Translations under genes and position numbers: made by a program
Notes under the pieces: generated by a model
What the model saw: the letters and a program-made list of their open reading frames with translations, nothing else
Told to the model about the DNA's origin: nothing
Databases searched by the model: none
Shown here: piece after piece, positions 18,287 through 28,775 of the stretch
Position numbering within the stretch: the stretch's first letter is position 1
Layout of the letters: every line of letters begins with the position of its first letter
Origin: Patescibacteria group bacterium
GTDB taxonomy: Bacteria; Patescibacteriota; Patescibacteriia; UBA1558; UBA10009
Length of the DNA stretch: 64,000 nucleotides
Assembly (NCBI GenBank): GCA_041662565.1
Contig: JBAZSE010000005.1
Location: 402 to 64,401 of the forward strand
Direction: 5' to 3'

Positions 18287-18421
18287 CTAGCGCAAGGTAA
18301 AAAAAATTTTTTGTCCTCGATTCCCTCCCTCAACTCGTCGGGGTCTCGTCTGGAACTCGCCCCGACTCGTTCGGGGGGATCCCGTCTCGGACCGAAAAAA
18401 TTTTTCTTACCTCGCGCTAGC
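18287..18421. repeat. GC-rich palindromic element, subfamily B, located inside the atp operon between atpE and atpF
   Basis: TIR CTAGCGCAAGGTAAAAAAAATTTTTT / AAAAAATTTTTCTTACCTCGCGCTAG. Internal stem GTCGGGG/CCCCGAC around loop TCTCGTCTGGAACTCG. Confidence 0.8.
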
Positions 18422-18441
18422 TATTATCTACATATAACATT

Positions 18442-18939
18442 ATGGAAGAACTTATAAAAACATTTCACATTGATTGGAAATTGTTAGTTGCTCAACTGGT
18501 AAATTTTGGCATTGTTTTGTTTGTCATTTGGCGTTTTGCGCTTAAACCTTTGTTAAAAATCATGGATAAGCGCACTAAGGAAATAGAAAAAAGCTTGGCT
18601 GATGCCCATACAATAGAAGATAATTTGGCTAAAAGCGAAAAAGCGCGGGAGGAAAAAATTTTAGCCGCTAAAAAAGAAGCTCAAGAAATTATCCAAGCCG
18701 CCCGAGAAATGGGCAAAACCCAAGGCCAAGATTTGGTGGATAGTGCTAAGAGGGAAGTGCAAACAGTGATTGCCGCGGCTAAAGAGCAAATTGCCGGCGA
18801 AAAAGATAAAATGCTTTTGGAAGTAAAAACAGAAGTCGGCCAGCTGGTTATTATGGGTGCTAAAAAGATTTTAAGCGAAGTAGTGGATGAAAAAACCAAT
18901 GGCCAGATTATTGATAATATTTTAAAGAAGATAAAATAA
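18442..18939 (+). CDS. atpF: F0F1 ATP synthase subunit b
   Basis: An N-terminal TM helix followed by a long charged helix, in operon position. Confidence 0.8.
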   Translation: MEELIKTFHIDWKLLVAQLVNFGIVLFVIWRFALKPLLKIMDKRTKEIEKSLADAHTIEDNLAKSEKAREEKILAAKKEAQEIIQAAREMGKTQGQDLVDSAKREVQTVIAAAKEQIAGEKDKMLLEVKTEVGQLVIMGAKKILSEVVDEKTNGQIIDNILKKIK

Positions 18940-18941
18940 AC

Positions 18942-19352
18942 ATGAGAAAGCTTAAGCCAAAACAATACGCCGCGGCTTTATATCAAGCCATTAAAGATCA
19001 GCCCATTGAGAAGTGCGGTCCGATTTTTCATGATTTTTTGGCTGTTGTTTGGCGCAACAAGGATTGGAAAAATTTAAGTAAAATTACCGGCAGTTTTTTA
19101 AAGTATTATTTGGAGCAAGAAAATGTTTTGGAAGCCACGGCTGTGTTTGCCAGCCAGCCGGCAAATGCTCTGGCTAAAAATTTACAAGTTTGGCTGGCTG
19201 AGTTTACCAAAAAAAATGTTAATTTAAAAACAGAAGTGGATCCCGCTTTACTTGGTGGGCTGGTTATTAAGTACGACGATTTGATTTTTGACGGCAGTTT
19301 GAATACCCAGTTATCTATTTTACAAAAACAGTTAATAAATAATAATCTATAA
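18942..19352 (+). CDS. atpH: F0F1 ATP synthase subunit delta (short, 136 aa)
   Basis: Sits between atpF and atpA and is shorter than the typical ~175 aa. Confidence 0.65.
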   Translation: MRKLKPKQYAAALYQAIKDQPIEKCGPIFHDFLAVVWRNKDWKNLSKITGSFLKYYLEQENVLEATAVFASQPANALAKNLQVWLAEFTKKNVNLKTEVDPALLGGLVIKYDDLIFDGSLNTQLSILQKQLINNNL

Positions 19353-19373
19353 TCTATAACCTATAATTAAAAT

Positions 19374-20879
19374 ATGTCTACCAAAGATCAGATTGTTGAA
19401 CAGCTAAAACAACAAATTCAAAATTTTAAAACCCAAGTAACCGTCGAAAAAGTGGGTACCGTGGCCGAAGTCGGCGATGGCATTGCCAGAATTTCAGGGC
19501 TAGCCGATTGTATGAGCCAAGAAATGTTGGAATTTGGCAATGGCCAATTTGGCGTGGCTTTAAACTTGGAAGAAGAAGCTATTGGCGCTATTATTTTAGG
19601 CGATTATTTGGGCATTAAAGAAGGCGATCAGGTAAAGTTAACAGGCAAAATTTTACAGGTTCCGGTTGGCGAAGCCGTTGTTGGCCGGGTTTTAAATCCG
19701 CTAGGCCAGCCCTTAGACGGTAAAGGGGAGATTAAAACCGATCAATACTATCCGGTAGAAAAAATCGCTCCTCGCGTAATTAATCGTGAATCGGTTAAAA
19801 TTCCTTTGCAAACAGGTATTAAAGCTATTGATTCCATGATTCCAATCGGCAGGGGCCAAAGAGAATTGATAATCGGCGATAGGCAAACCGGCAAAACCGC
19901 TTTGGCTATAGATACCATTATCAACCAAGCCGGGCAAAATGTTAAGTGTATTTACGTAGCTATCGGCCAAAAGCAATCCAAAATTGCCAAAATTGTGGCT
20001 AAGCTGGAAGAGCACGGCGCCATGAAATATACTACAGTGGTTTTGGCTGGTGCTTCGGATCCGGCTTCTTTATCTTACATTGCCCCTTACTCCGGTTGTG
20101 CTATGGGTGAATATTTCATGGATAAAGGCGAAGATGTTTTAATTATTTACGATGATCTTTCTAAGCACGCGGTGGCCTATCGTGAAATTTCTTTGTTGTT
20201 AAGAAGGCCCCCGGGCAGAGAGGCCTACCCAGGAGATATTTTTTATTTGCATTCCAGATTATTGGAGCGTGCCGCCAAGCTTTCCAAAGAATACGGCGGG
20301 GGATCATTAACCGCTTTGCCGATTATTGAAACCCAGGCCGGCGATGTTTCGGCTTATATTCCCACCAACGTTATTTCCATTACCGATGGGCAAATCTTTT
20401 TGGAATCTGATTTATTCTACAAAGGCGTGCGTCCGGCTTTAAATACCGGTATTTCCGTTTCCCGTGTGGGTAGTGCCGCTCAAATCAAGGCCATGAAAAA
20501 GGTGGCCGGCAAACTTAAATTATCCATGGCTCAATACCGCGAGTTAGAGGCCTTTGCCCAATTTGGTAGCGATTTGGATGAAACCACTCAACAACAACTT
20601 AAATTGGGTGTTCGCTTGAGTGAAATATTAAAACAGGGCCAATACGAACCCATGAGCGTGGCTCATCAAGTGGTTATTTTGTACGCCGCCATTAACGGTT
20701 TCTTAAATGATATTCCGGTGGAAAATATCCAAAAGTTTGAAAGCGATTTTCATAAATATTTGGATTCGAACGGCAAAGCGATTTTGGATAAAATTACCGA
20801 AGTTAAGGAAATTAATGAAGATGTTGAGCCAAAGTTAAAAGCAATAATTGAAGAATTTAAAAAGCAATTTGTTAACTAA
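19374..20879 (+). CDS. atpA: F0F1 ATP synthase subunit alpha
   Basis: Walker A GDRQTGKT and extensive alpha-subunit similarity. Confidence 0.95.
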   Translation: MSTKDQIVEQLKQQIQNFKTQVTVEKVGTVAEVGDGIARISGLADCMSQEMLEFGNGQFGVALNLEEEAIGAIILGDYLGIKEGDQVKLTGKILQVPVGEAVVGRVLNPLGQPLDGKGEIKTDQYYPVEKIAPRVINRESVKIPLQTGIKAIDSMIPIGRGQRELIIGDRQTGKTALAIDTIINQAGQNVKCIYVAIGQKQSKIAKIVAKLEEHGAMKYTTVVLAGASDPASLSYIAPYSGCAMGEYFMDKGEDVLIIYDDLSKHAVAYREISLLLRRPPGREAYPGDIFYLHSRLLERAAKLSKEYGGGSLTALPIIETQAGDVSAYIPTNVISITDGQIFLESDLFYKGVRPALNTGISVSRVGSAAQIKAMKKVAGKLKLSMAQYRELEAFAQFGSDLDETTQQQLKLGVRLSEILKQGQYEPMSVAHQVVILYAAINGFLNDIPVENIQKFESDFHKYLDSNGKAILDKITEVKEINEDVEPKLKAIIEEFKKQFVN

Positions 20880-20882
20880 ACC

Positions 20883-21797
20883 ATGCCCCAGGCAACACGA
20901 GACATTAAAAGAAGAATCAAATCCGTAGGCAACACCAAAAAGGTGACAAAAGCCATGGAAATGGTTTCGGCCGCCAAGATGCGTAAAAGCGTGGCGAATG
21001 TTTTGGCATCTCGCAGTTATGCTTCGCTCGCCGGCGATTTAATTATGCATTTATCCGCTAGAACCGATTCTAAATACCATCCTTTATTGCGCGCAAATCA
21101 CGGTGCTGGAAAAATAGGTTTGATTTTAGTCACTTCCAATCGTGGTCTTTGCGGGGGCTTTAATAACCAAATTATCAATCAAGCCATTAAGTTTATAAAA
21201 CTCCAGCATCAAGGAGAAGCTCAAGTTGAAGTGGTGGCTATGGGTAAAAAGGGGCGCGAAGCCATGGTTAAAACCAAGCAAAATATGGTTGCGGATTTTA
21301 ATAAAATGGATATTACCACCGATATGACTGTTATTGCTCCTTTGGCCAAATTGGTGATTAACGATTATTTAGCCGGCAAATATGATAAAGTAATGGTTGC
21401 TTATACCGATTTTATTTCCGCCCTGGTGCAAAAGCCCAGAATTTTACAGTTACTGCCTTTATCAGGTTTGGCGGAAGATAAGTATTTAGGGCAGGCAGGA
21501 TCGGTAAATAAAGAAATCACTAATGAGCCAATAATGAAGTACGAGTATTTATTTGAACCATCAGCTGATAAGGTTTTGGATCAATTATTGCCCAGAATGT
21601 TGGAAACCCAAATTTACCAAACGATTTTAGAATCAGATGCCGCCGAACACAGTGCCCGTATGGTAGCTATGCGCAACGCTACCGATGCCGCTTCGGATAT
21701 GATTGCCGAATTAACTTTGGTCTTTAATAAAGCCAGACAAGGTTCCATTACGGCCGAGTTAGCGGATATTTCCGGCGGTCGGGCGGCTTTGGAATAG
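20883..21797 (+). CDS. atpG: F0F1 ATP synthase subunit gamma
   Basis: RIKSVGNTKKVTKAMEMVSAAKMRK N-terminus and ITAELADISGG C-terminus. Confidence 0.9.
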   Translation: MPQATRDIKRRIKSVGNTKKVTKAMEMVSAAKMRKSVANVLASRSYASLAGDLIMHLSARTDSKYHPLLRANHGAGKIGLILVTSNRGLCGGFNNQIINQAIKFIKLQHQGEAQVEVVAMGKKGREAMVKTKQNMVADFNKMDITTDMTVIAPLAKLVINDYLAGKYDKVMVAYTDFISALVQKPRILQLLPLSGLAEDKYLGQAGSVNKEITNEPIMKYEYLFEPSADKVLDQLLPRMLETQIYQTILESDAAEHSARMVAMRNATDAASDMIAELTLVFNKARQGSITAELADISGGRAALE

Positions 21798-22106
21798 TTC
21801 TTTTTAAAAAAAGAGCGCTCTCAAAGATTTGAGAGCGCCTGATCCAAGATTGTGTCTGTATGAGACACGTTAGCCGCTAAGGAAGCGCCTGAATGTTTGT
21901 AATTGAAGCTTGGCTCTATGTTGGCCTGGTTTCAATTTTACTAAAACAACAGGATCTCCCAGCCGATCATTGGCCCATGTTACGGGTGGGCCTTTGGGAA
22001 CTGCGGGTGGTTCAGGATTTCTGTCATTGGACATGGCTTTTCCAATATTGGATTGTTGGGTGATACAGATTACTTTATATTAAAACATAAAATTTTACAT
22101 TAATAA

Positions 22107-23504
<1,398 letters not shown>

Positions 23505-23507
23505 TAT

Positions 23508-23951
23508 ATGAAAATCAAATTCAAAATAGCCACGCCCGAGCGGGTGGTTTACGAATCCGAAGTTGATCAAGTAACCTTGTCCACGCAAATGGGCGAGATT
23601 ACTGTTTTGCCAAACCATATTCCTTTAGTTAGTTCTCTTAAGCCCGGCGAAATAACGGTTAAAATCGGCAAAGAAGATTTACCCATGGCTATTTCGGGCG
23701 GTTTTGTGGAATTTGCCGAAAATAACATGGTGATTTTAGCCGATACAGCCGAAAGGGTAGAAGAAATTAATGAAGAACGCGCCGAAGCCGGCAGAGCTCG
23801 CGCCAAGGAATTATTGGAAAAACAGGGCTTTGCGGAAAATGTTGATTACACCGCTTTGGCCGCTAAAATGGAAAAAGAATTGGCTCGTTTGCGGGTAGCT
23901 AAAAAATATAAAAATATCCGTAAAGGCCCTCAAATTAAAATTGAGGAATAG
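23508..23951 (+). CDS. atpC: F0F1 ATP synthase subunit epsilon
   Basis: N-terminal beta-sandwich (KIATPERVVYESEVDQVTL) plus a C-terminal helical hairpin. Confidence 0.85.
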   Translation: MKIKFKIATPERVVYESEVDQVTLSTQMGEITVLPNHIPLVSSLKPGEITVKIGKEDLPMAISGGFVEFAENNMVILADTAERVEEINEERAEAGRARAKELLEKQGFAENVDYTALAAKMEKELARLRVAKKYKNIRKGPQIKIEE

Positions 23952-23978
23952 GGTTACGCGGATTATATTGATTTTATT

Positions 23979-24018
23979 ACAGATTACACGGATGCTCTAT
24001 CTGTGTAATCTGTTTTTT
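23979..24018 (+). terminator. Rho-independent terminator ending the atp operon
   Basis: Hairpin CAGATTACACGG/CTGTGTAATCTG followed by TTTTTT. Confidence 0.75.
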
Positions 24019-24039
24019 ATATCCGTAAAATCCGTGAAT

Positions 24040-24640
24040 AAAAAAAGACCGCCGAGAACGAGATGGTCTAAGTCAGAGTGGTTGATTTTCTGACTGACTT
24101 CTCGCTCAAGGCGGTGTGGGAGTTCGGCCCCCTCTAGCCGAACAAAGGGTTCGGCGCCGCGTGAATCCACGGTGTGCTTAAGACCGCTTTGTCTTTCTGG
24201 TTTGAAAGACAAAATACGCGGCGCCGAAAAATGAGGCGCTACCAAACCTCTGAACCAGCTTCCTCTCCACCAAGAAAGGGGGTAAGGTAGCGCCGAAAAA
24301 TCCTAAGGCAAGGGGTAGAAACTGTTCAATCTGCACTAACTATAATTGATGCGTTGCCGCGGGCCTCCGAGGGAGGGTGGGAGGTGCCGATTACATCAAT
24401 CATGTTTAAGCATGCTAACCCTTGCCTTATTGAAGGCAGTTAATTACTTGGTCGCGTTCGGTGAGGATGCCGAACTCAATTAACTGCCTGAAACTCCAGG
24501 CGTTTTTTGCAGAATGGGCGAAACATTGCATAAACGCCTTTAGAGGCGGCTTGCCGGGGTGCTGGCGCAGGCAGGAGTATGAACCTAAGCCAACCAAGCC
24601 GCAAACAAAAAGTACACCTACACTTTTACCTTAACATATT
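24040..24640. ncRNA. GC-rich ORF-free structured region. It is a candidate structured ncRNA; RNase P RNA-like motif fragments were noted, but its identity is unresolved.
   Basis: About 600 bp at well above local GC with no credible ORF and many nested hairpins (for example GGCAGTTAATT...AATTAACTGCC and AAGGCAAGGG...CCCTTGCCTT). Weak resemblance to RNase P CR-II (GAAAGGGGGTAAGGTAGCGCC) and to a CR-V-like segment (TATGAACCTAAGCC). Confidence 0.3.
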
Positions 24641-24744
24641 GGAAAAATTCGTCAAATTTTCGGCCTTTTTCAACATCAATTATATGTGCTAAACCCCGCA
24701 CCGCATTTCTTGCCAAGAAAAGCGGTGCGGGGTAAAATACCAGC

Positions 24745-27700
24745 ATGACTTACGCTGATTCTCTTAATCCGGAGCAAAAAAAGGCCGTAGAATACACCAA
24801 GGGCCCGCTATTAATCGTGGCCGGCGCCGGTACCGGTAAAACAACGGTTATCTGCGAACGGATCAATTTTTTAATTACCAAAAAAAATTTACAGCCCAAT
24901 CAAATTTTAGCCCTAACTTTTACCGAAAAAGCCGCCGCCGAAATGGAAGAAAGGGTGGATAAAGCCCTGCCTTACGGTTATATCGATTTATGGATTTCCA
25001 CCTTCCACAGTTTTGCCGAAAGATTATTACATGAGCATGGTTTGGATATCGGCTTAAGCGATGATTTTAAATTATTGGATCAAACCGCTTCCTGGCTGTT
25101 GGTGCGCAATAATTTGGATAAATTCAATTTGGATTATTACCGACCGCTGGGCAATCCCAATAAATTCATCCATGCGTTGTTAAAGCATTTTTCCAAATGC
25201 AAAGATGAACTTATCAAACCAAAAGATTATTTGGACTACGCTGAATCATACCGTTTGGATAATGATTTAAGAAAAGATGAATCCGCCTTCGCCAAGGCTT
25301 CGTCGGACCAAGGGGATGCCGCCATGGAAGTTAAGCGTTTGGAAGAACTAGCTAATGCTTATCATGTTTATCAGCAGTTGTTGCTGGATAATAATTATTT
25401 GGATTTTGGCGACTTAATTAATTATGTGTATGAGCTTTTTTTAAAGCGTCCGCAAATTTTAAAAAAATACCAAGAGCAGTTTAAATACATTTTGGTTGAT
25501 GAATTTCAGGATACCAATTACGCCCAGTACCAATTAATCAAGCTTTTGGCCGGAACAAAAAATAACGTCACGGTAGTGGGGGATGACGACCAATCAATTT
25601 ATAAATTCCGCGGGGCTTCTATTTCTAATATTTTGGAATTTAAAAAAGATAACCCCAAATGCTTGGAAATTTATTTAACCACCAATTACCGGACCAAGCA
25701 GAATATTTTGGATGTTGCCTATAAGTTTATCCAGCTTAATAATCCCAATCGGTTGGAAGCGCAGTTAAAAATCAAAAATAAATCGAGCTCAGCTCGACAA
25801 AGCTCAAAGCTCAAGACTCCAGCCAAAAGTTCAAGATCAAAATTTACCAAAGAGTTAATCGCTTCCAGAACAGGGCAGGGGATTATTGAGCATTTGCACG
25901 CGCCAACGCTGGATGACGAGGTGGCAATGGTGATCAATAAAATCGGCCAGCTTTATCAAAAAGAACAGGGTCTTTCGTGGTCCAATTTTGCCATTTTAGT
26001 TAGAGCTAACGATCAGGCCAGGCCGTTTATCGAGGCCCTGGAAAGAGCGGCTGTGCCTTACCAATTTGTGGCTTCCCGCGGGCTTTATGCCAAACCCTTG
26101 GTGTTAAATTTAATTGCTTTTCTGCGCTTGTTGGATAACTACCATGAATCCGATGCTATGTACCGCTATTTAACTTTACCGATTTTTGCCTTACCTCAAG
26201 CGGAATTGATTAAAATCACCCACGAAGCCAATAAAAAAAGATGGACTTTATACGAAACCGTTAAACAGGTTCGTTACTTATTGCATCTATCGCCTGATGC
26301 GCAAAAAGGTCTGGATGTGGCTTTAAATTTTTTGGAAAAATATCTGGCCCGCGCCAAAACGGAAAAATGCAGCCGTTTGGTTTTTGATTTTTTAAACGAA
26401 TCAAATTATTTAAAATATATCGATACCTTACCCGAAGGCAAAAAGCGCCAAGAATTTTCTTATCTTTCCCAGTTTTACAAGCGCATTAAAACTTTTGAAG
26501 AAATCAATGATGATAAATCGGTTAAAAATTTCCTCAACCAGTTGGGTTTGGAATTGGAATCAGGCGAGCAGGGTGATCTGGCGGCCTTAAACGAAGATGA
26601 AGGTCCGGAAATGGTTAAAGTGATGACGGTGCACAGTGCCAAGGGTTTGGAATTTAAATATGTTTTTATCGTTAATTTGGTGGATATGCGCTTTCCCACT
26701 CGTGAGCGGCACGATCCTATCCAATTGCCCGATAAATTAATTAAAGAAATTGTGCCGGAAGGGGATATTCATTTGCAGGAAGAAAGACGATTGTTTTACG
26801 TTGGTTTAACCCGTGCTCGCGACGGTTTGTTTTTAACTTCGGCCGAAGATTACGGCGGGGTTAAAAAGAAAAAGATTTCCGTTTTTTTAACCGACCTTGG
26901 GTTCAAGCAGCCGGAGCATTTAACTTTTGTTAAAGAAAAATTGGAAACAGTGGAACAAGTGCAAGGTACTGCCAAAGAAACGATTAAAGAATTTTTGCCA
27001 GCCAAATTTTCTTTCACCCAAATCAAGGATTTTCTTGCTTGTCCTCGGTCGTATTATTACAAATACATATTAAAAGTCCCTATGCAGGGTAATAATTATT
27101 TTAGCTTTGGTTCTTCCATTCACCTGTCTTTGCAAAAATTTTACGAAGAAGTCAAAAGAAGAAAGGGAAGCGCGCAAACCGGTTTGTTTGGTCCGGTTTC
27201 GCAACCGAATTTGTTTGGCCAGAGTAATGTTTTAACTCAAGGGGACCCCTCGACGCGGCTCGGGGCAGTTCTCAAATCCTCTAGCCCAAAGTTAATTCGC
27301 GATTTAATTAGTTTAGAGGAGTTAATTAAATTTTACCAAGAGAACTGGATCGAGGACTGGTATGCTTCAAAAGAGCAGAAAGAAAAATATTTCAAATTAG
27401 GCAAGGAAATTTTAAAAAACTTTTACCATAGCGATTATTTGGAGCAATCCAATCCGGTTTATTTGGAAAAAGGTTTTGGTATTAAAGTGGGTGAATTTAG
27501 TTTAACCGGTAAAATTGATAGAATAGACCGCGTGCAAAACGGTTTAAAGATTATTGATTATAAAACCGGCCAACCCAAGGAAAAATTGGAAGCCGATGAT
27601 AAAGACCAGTTGTTAATTTACCAAATGGCTGCTGCGCAATTGTTTAACGAACCAATAGGTGAGCTGGCTTATTATTATTTGGAAAACGATACTCAAGTGG

Positions 27701-27837
27701 TTTTTTTGGGTAAGGAAAAGGATATGGAAAAATTGCAAGAAAAAATTATCACCACCATCAATCAAATCAGAGATTTTGACTTTTTGGCCTTTGTAGAGAG
27801 CCACGGACAGTGTGATTATTGCAAAGAGATTATTTAA
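24745..27837 (+). CDS. UvrD/PcrA-type SF1 helicase fused to a C-terminal RecB-family PD-(D/E)XK nuclease (AddA-like). It carries an in-frame palindromic mini-element insertion at about 25775-25830.
   Basis: Walker A AGAGTGKTT, helicase motifs, a nuclease motif GKIDRIDRV...IIDYKTG, and Cys residues (CPRSYYY, CDYC) suggesting an Fe-S-type nuclease domain. Confidence 0.8.
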   Translation: MTYADSLNPEQKKAVEYTKGPLLIVAGAGTGKTTVICERINFLITKKNLQPNQILALTFTEKAAAEMEERVDKALPYGYIDLWISTFHSFAERLLHEHGLDIGLSDDFKLLDQTASWLLVRNNLDKFNLDYYRPLGNPNKFIHALLKHFSKCKDELIKPKDYLDYAESYRLDNDLRKDESAFAKASSDQGDAAMEVKRLEELANAYHVYQQLLLDNNYLDFGDLINYVYELFLKRPQILKKYQEQFKYILVDEFQDTNYAQYQLIKLLAGTKNNVTVVGDDDQSIYKFRGASISNILEFKKDNPKCLEIYLTTNYRTKQNILDVAYKFIQLNNPNRLEAQLKIKNKSSSARQSSKLKTPAKSSRSKFTKELIASRTGQGIIEHLHAPTLDDEVAMVINKIGQLYQKEQGLSWSNFAILVRANDQARPFIEALERAAVPYQFVASRGLYAKPLVLNLIAFLRLLDNYHESDAMYRYLTLPIFALPQAELIKITHEANKKRWTLYETVKQVRYLLHLSPDAQKGLDVALNFLEKYLARAKTEKCSRLVFDFLNESNYLKYIDTLPEGKKRQEFSYLSQFYKRIKTFEEINDDKSVKNFLNQLGLELESGEQGDLAALNEDEGPEMVKVMTVHSAKGLEFKYVFIVNLVDMRFPTRERHDPIQLPDKLIKEIVPEGDIHLQEERRLFYVGLTRARDGLFLTSAEDYGGVKKKKISVFLTDLGFKQPEHLTFVKEKLETVEQVQGTAKETIKEFLPAKFSFTQIKDFLACPRSYYYKYILKVPMQGNNYFSFGSSIHLSLQKFYEEVKRRKGSAQTGLFGPVSQPNLFGQSNVLTQGDPSTRLGAVLKSSSPKLIRDLISLEELIKFYQENWIEDWYASKEQKEKYFKLGKEILKNFYHSDYLEQSNPVYLEKGFGIKVGEFSLTGKIDRIDRVQNGLKIIDYKTGQPKEKLEADDKDQLLIYQMAAAQLFNEPIGELAYYYLENDTQVVFLGKEKDMEKLQEKIITTINQIRDFDFLAFVESHGQCDYCKEII
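25775..25830. repeat. Palindromic mini-element copy inserted in-frame within the helicase-nuclease gene
   Basis: AAATCGAGCTCAGCTCGACAAAGCTCAAAGCTCAAG; core TCGAGCTCAGCTCGA is a perfect palindrome. It encodes the low-complexity peptide NKSSSARQSSKLKT. Confidence 0.7.
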
Positions 27838-27889
27838 TAAAAAAAGCCCGGGAAAATCCAGGCTTAACAATCAGTCAATAAACTTTTCG

Positions 27890-28225
27890 CTATTCGTAAT
27901 AGGCAAAGCCACTGATTGTGTAGCAAAATTGAGATTTAGTATTATTCATCCCTTTTCTGCCATCTGTAATTCGTGTCGTCGGAAATTGTTCCAAAAGTCT
28001 GACTGCAGTCGCTTTCATTTTTAGAAGTTTTACGACCATAGTGCATTCGGCATCAATTTTTGCTGACTCCGAAGCATCAGGTTCATCCTCTGGCCGTTGA
28101 CTTGAGGAATAACCCGCAACTTTAAATTTAATGCCTCCTTCTCGGGCTGTTGTGATTAACAATATCCCATTCTTTTGGAGTAATTCTGCCAAAGTCGATT
28201 TTGATGAATTCATTAACGAATTCAT
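27890..28225 (-). CDS. Hypothetical protein (111 aa), possibly a gene remnant
   Basis: A minus-strand ORF ending at a bidirectional hairpin+T terminator (27842-27870). Its composition is atypical and no motif was recognised. Confidence 0.3.
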   Translation of the reverse strand: MNSLMNSSKSTLAELLQKNGILLITTAREGGIKFKVAGYSSSQRPEDEPDASESAKIDAECTMVVKLLKMKATAVRLLEQFPTTRITDGRKGMNNTKSQFCYTISGFAYYE

Positions 28226-28376
28226 GGTTGATTCTCCTGATTTTTTCTTTTGTTGTGTTAAGAATGTAAGTTATTTGTCCGATTTATTGGTACTTTATGT
28301 TGATTTAAAACAATTGTCAAGAGGTTGATAATTTTAAGCCTTGCCATAAATCCCAAAAGTTAGTAAAATAATCCAT

Positions 28377-28766
28377 ATGACTATCAAGCAATATCTCTGG
28401 TTAATGTTGATGGGCACGGCTCTGTGTTTGGGTGGATTTGTTTTAGTCCTGTTTTTTATTAATCCGGAAACGGTCGGCAACTTGGGTTTGATTTTGTTTT
28501 ATGCCAGCTTGTTTTTGTCTTTAACGGGCTTGCTGGCTTTATTAAGTTATTTTTTTCGACTGATTTTTAATCGGATCTACACTAAAACCGAAAAAGTCCA
28601 GGTTTCCTTTCGTCAGTCGGTTTTTTTTGCCTTTGTGATTGTGGGTTCGTTATTTTTGCAATCCCATGGCTTAATGACTTGGCTTAATAGTTTACTTTTG
28701 GTAGCTTTGGTAACTTTTTTGGAATTTATCATTTTGTCTTTAAAAAAAGAAAGTGTTTCTCAGTAA
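28377..28766 (+). CDS. Hypothetical small membrane protein (4 predicted TM helices)
   Basis: A hydrophobic profile directly upstream of pheS. Confidence 0.45.
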   Translation: MTIKQYLWLMLMGTALCLGGFVLVLFFINPETVGNLGLILFYASLFLSLTGLLALLSYFFRLIFNRIYTKTEKVQVSFRQSVFFAFVIVGSLFLQSHGLMTWLNSLLLVALVTFLEFIILSLKKESVSQ

Positions 28767-28775
28767 TAAATCTTT

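Noticed and set aside
24040-24300. tmRNA assignment for the GC-rich island (CTCCACCA at about 24263 resembling a tRNA-like 3' end)
   Set aside because: No adjacent T-arm, no GGGG 5' acceptor partner and no plausible tag-peptide reading frame ending in a stop could be found by eye. It is kept only as an unassigned structured RNA candidate.
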